A stretch of 63,982 bases of DNA, counting the filler, from Asterionella formosa (taxonomy: Eukaryota), in NCBI GenBank assembly GCA_002256025.1. It is 5 parts of 5 records of this genome, joined end to end, with 100 filler letters (N's around TTAATTAATTAA, not from the genome) between each part and the next. Parts side by side here need not be neighbours in the genome. Positions count along the whole stretch, not along the records: positions 51,282 to 63,982 come from NKIB01007261.1; 4 more parts are not named here. One strand, given 5' to 3'. The position numbers and the translations under genes were made by a program. A model generated the notes under the pieces. It ran no database searches. It was not told the DNA's origin and worked only from the letters and a program-made list of their open reading frames with translations. Below are positions 62,187 through 63,982 of this stretch, in pieces; position 1 is the first letter of the stretch; the number at the start of each line of letters is the position of its first letter.

Positions 62187-63246
62187 TCATTGCTCCGGGT
62201 AAGTAATTTTAAAATCTAGCCCTTTGTGACCAATGGCAGGTCTTCCGCCTTGCCGTTCCCAGAGCTCTTGTTGATTATGTTCTAACCAATCCGCCCATTT
62301 TCGAACGGCCTTGCCTCGGTGACTTAATTCATTCTTTTGGTCCGTCGTCATGGCCGAAAATGTCAACGATTGGCCGTCTGGCACAAAGATAGTGTCCCAT
62401 CCAAAGCCCTGTGACAAGCATGAAAGCAGTTGAGAAAAGAAGAGGGGAAAAAGATCAAGAATCAGAAAAATTTAACGATTGATTGTATTACTCACTCTTC
62501 CTTCCACTGGTTCAATAATCGTCCCTGTTGTAGTTCCCGTGAACAAGACCGGATCGGCGTGAGGAGCAGGACAAAATGCTAACGTGCAAACCGCTGTTGC
62601 TGATTTATCTTCGTATGCGTTGAGAATTTTGTAGAGGCCTTCACTTTTTAAACGATCTTGAAACCATTTGATGTAAGGTCCCGGCATGCCTCCTAGAGCT
62701 GTAAATTGCAGAGACGTGTCTTCGACAAGACATGGTCCTCCAGCTAGTTGAGCCCCTAACATGGCCTTTTCCTTGGCAATAGCTTCTGTACTTTCCTCTG
62801 AGTACGGTTAAATTATCGTATCGCGCATGAGGTGGGTGTTGAGAGCAGTGCCGTGAACATTGAAACTCAAGGATCGAAATGACGAACGTACCTTGAATTT
62901 CAGGTAAATCTACTTTGAGAACTCGTAAATCGACGAGACCTTCTTCTCCATTTGATCCCCTAGTAGCTCCATGTTCAGAAAGAATCATTTGAGCCTCTTT
63001 TGCCTGAAATAATGAGGTTGTGTACGTATGACAACAGTGAAGGGGTGAGTTTGTTGAAGTCCTAAATGTTGTGCAACAACATTCAGAAATTTGGCCCTAG
63101 CCTTGGTTGGCACAGCTTTCCATCCTTTCAAACAGTACCTTCATTTCATTTCCAGTCACAAAACAAATCTTGAGTTGATGAGAAAGCCCATAGTCACATG
63201 GACATGAACACAAGATGAGGAATAGGCAGTGAAAGAGCGCCTTCAT
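62187..63246 (-). CDS. ITPA: Inosine triphosphate pyrophosphatase (HAM1 family); exons 63246..63139, 63003..62892, 62797..62496, 62408..62187
   Basis: FVTGN..K, DLPEIQ, VEDTSL, GGMPGPYIKWF, GFGWD and KN.LSHR. Three GT-AG introns keep the frame. Confidence 0.9.
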
Positions 63247-63982
63247 GATGGTCAACTAAGAATAATAGGAATATTCGAAAATGATTTGGTTCCAACATTC
63301 AACAAGTTGGTAAGAATACTTTGTACCGGTACCCTGGTACCTGGTACCCCTGGAACCTGGTACTGGTACCTGGTCCAAGTACCTCACGATGGAGCGATAC
63401 CGGCCGGTAATTGAGTACCGGTACTGGTACTAGGGTGGCTGTACGCTGGTATAACATGTACCAAAAGCATTTATGGATGATCATGCCACCAGAAGTAGGA
63501 GGAGTGTTTCAAGAACTACATACTAACATACTACCCCGAGGTGCCAGGGACTCCGCCTGGTACCTGCCTGGGTGTACTTACTACCGGTAAGTATGGTACC
63601 AGTTTGTCATCAGGCAGCCACCGAATCAAAGAGTGCCACTTACCCAGTATGGATGTTCCCGGACATGGGAAGGACCAAGGATGAGAGTGCGACGACATCA
63701 ACAACAACTAATATGTACGAGATAGGTATTAAATGTGCGTAGACCTTTATTTATGTATTTACGATCAGTACAGTAAGTTGAAACACATAGAGATTCCTGA
63801 TTCCTGATCAGGTTATGAGTGTCAATATATTTTCGCCTCTAGTGACCTGATTAGAAACATGTACCACAATCCACTAGATGATTGATTCAAGATTACATGG
63901 TTAAATATCGCGTGTAAAATGCCACAGTTGAGAGAGGAACTTTCAGGAGAAGTTCCCTCTAACCTGTTAAATGGACTCTAGA

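Noticed and set aside
21201..63246. Functional cluster of redox and nucleotide genes (petH, ndk, NNT, ITPA, PAP)
   Set aside because: Spread over 40 kb, in different compartments and orientations, with no sign of co-regulation.

Overview
Eukaryotic nuclear DNA, almost certainly from a diatom. Evidence: GT-AG introns, an ASAFAP-type bipartite plastid presequence on FNR, DUF6824-type genes and a CoDi-like Ty1/copia element. It is a scaffolded assembly with N gaps, several carrying an artificial TTAATTAATTAA spacer. Host genes: a partial low-complexity protein, a DUF6824 protein plus a truncated paralogue, exocyst Sec10, an SGNH hydrolase, plastid FNR, purple acid phosphatase, mitochondrial NDPK, a divergent lipoxygenase-like ORF, a hypothetical protein, NAD(P) transhydrogenase, a secreted beta-propeller protein and ITPase. 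Between these lies transposon debris: a Ginger-like integrase with a Ulp1 protease, PIF/Harbinger, DD39D-type mariner, Plavaka-like, copia RNase H, an Ngaro-like tyrosine-recombinase end, a full LTR element with target-site duplication (TSD), MITE-like elements and a tRNA-derived SINE. Four observations stand out. (1) A TA-duplicating micro-insertion process (TA>TA-CCGG-TA, TA-CTGG-TA, TA-GC-TA) is visible between paired repeats and as frameshifts, and probably built the GGTACC-rich tracts upstream of genes. (2) A 180-nt strand-specific rod has four symmetric CGAG/CGAG tandem G.A mismatches. (3) An intact-looking, atypical lipoxygenase lies among mobile elements. (4) A complete SINE retains its TSD. 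All family assignments come from motif recognition by eye; no database searches were run.
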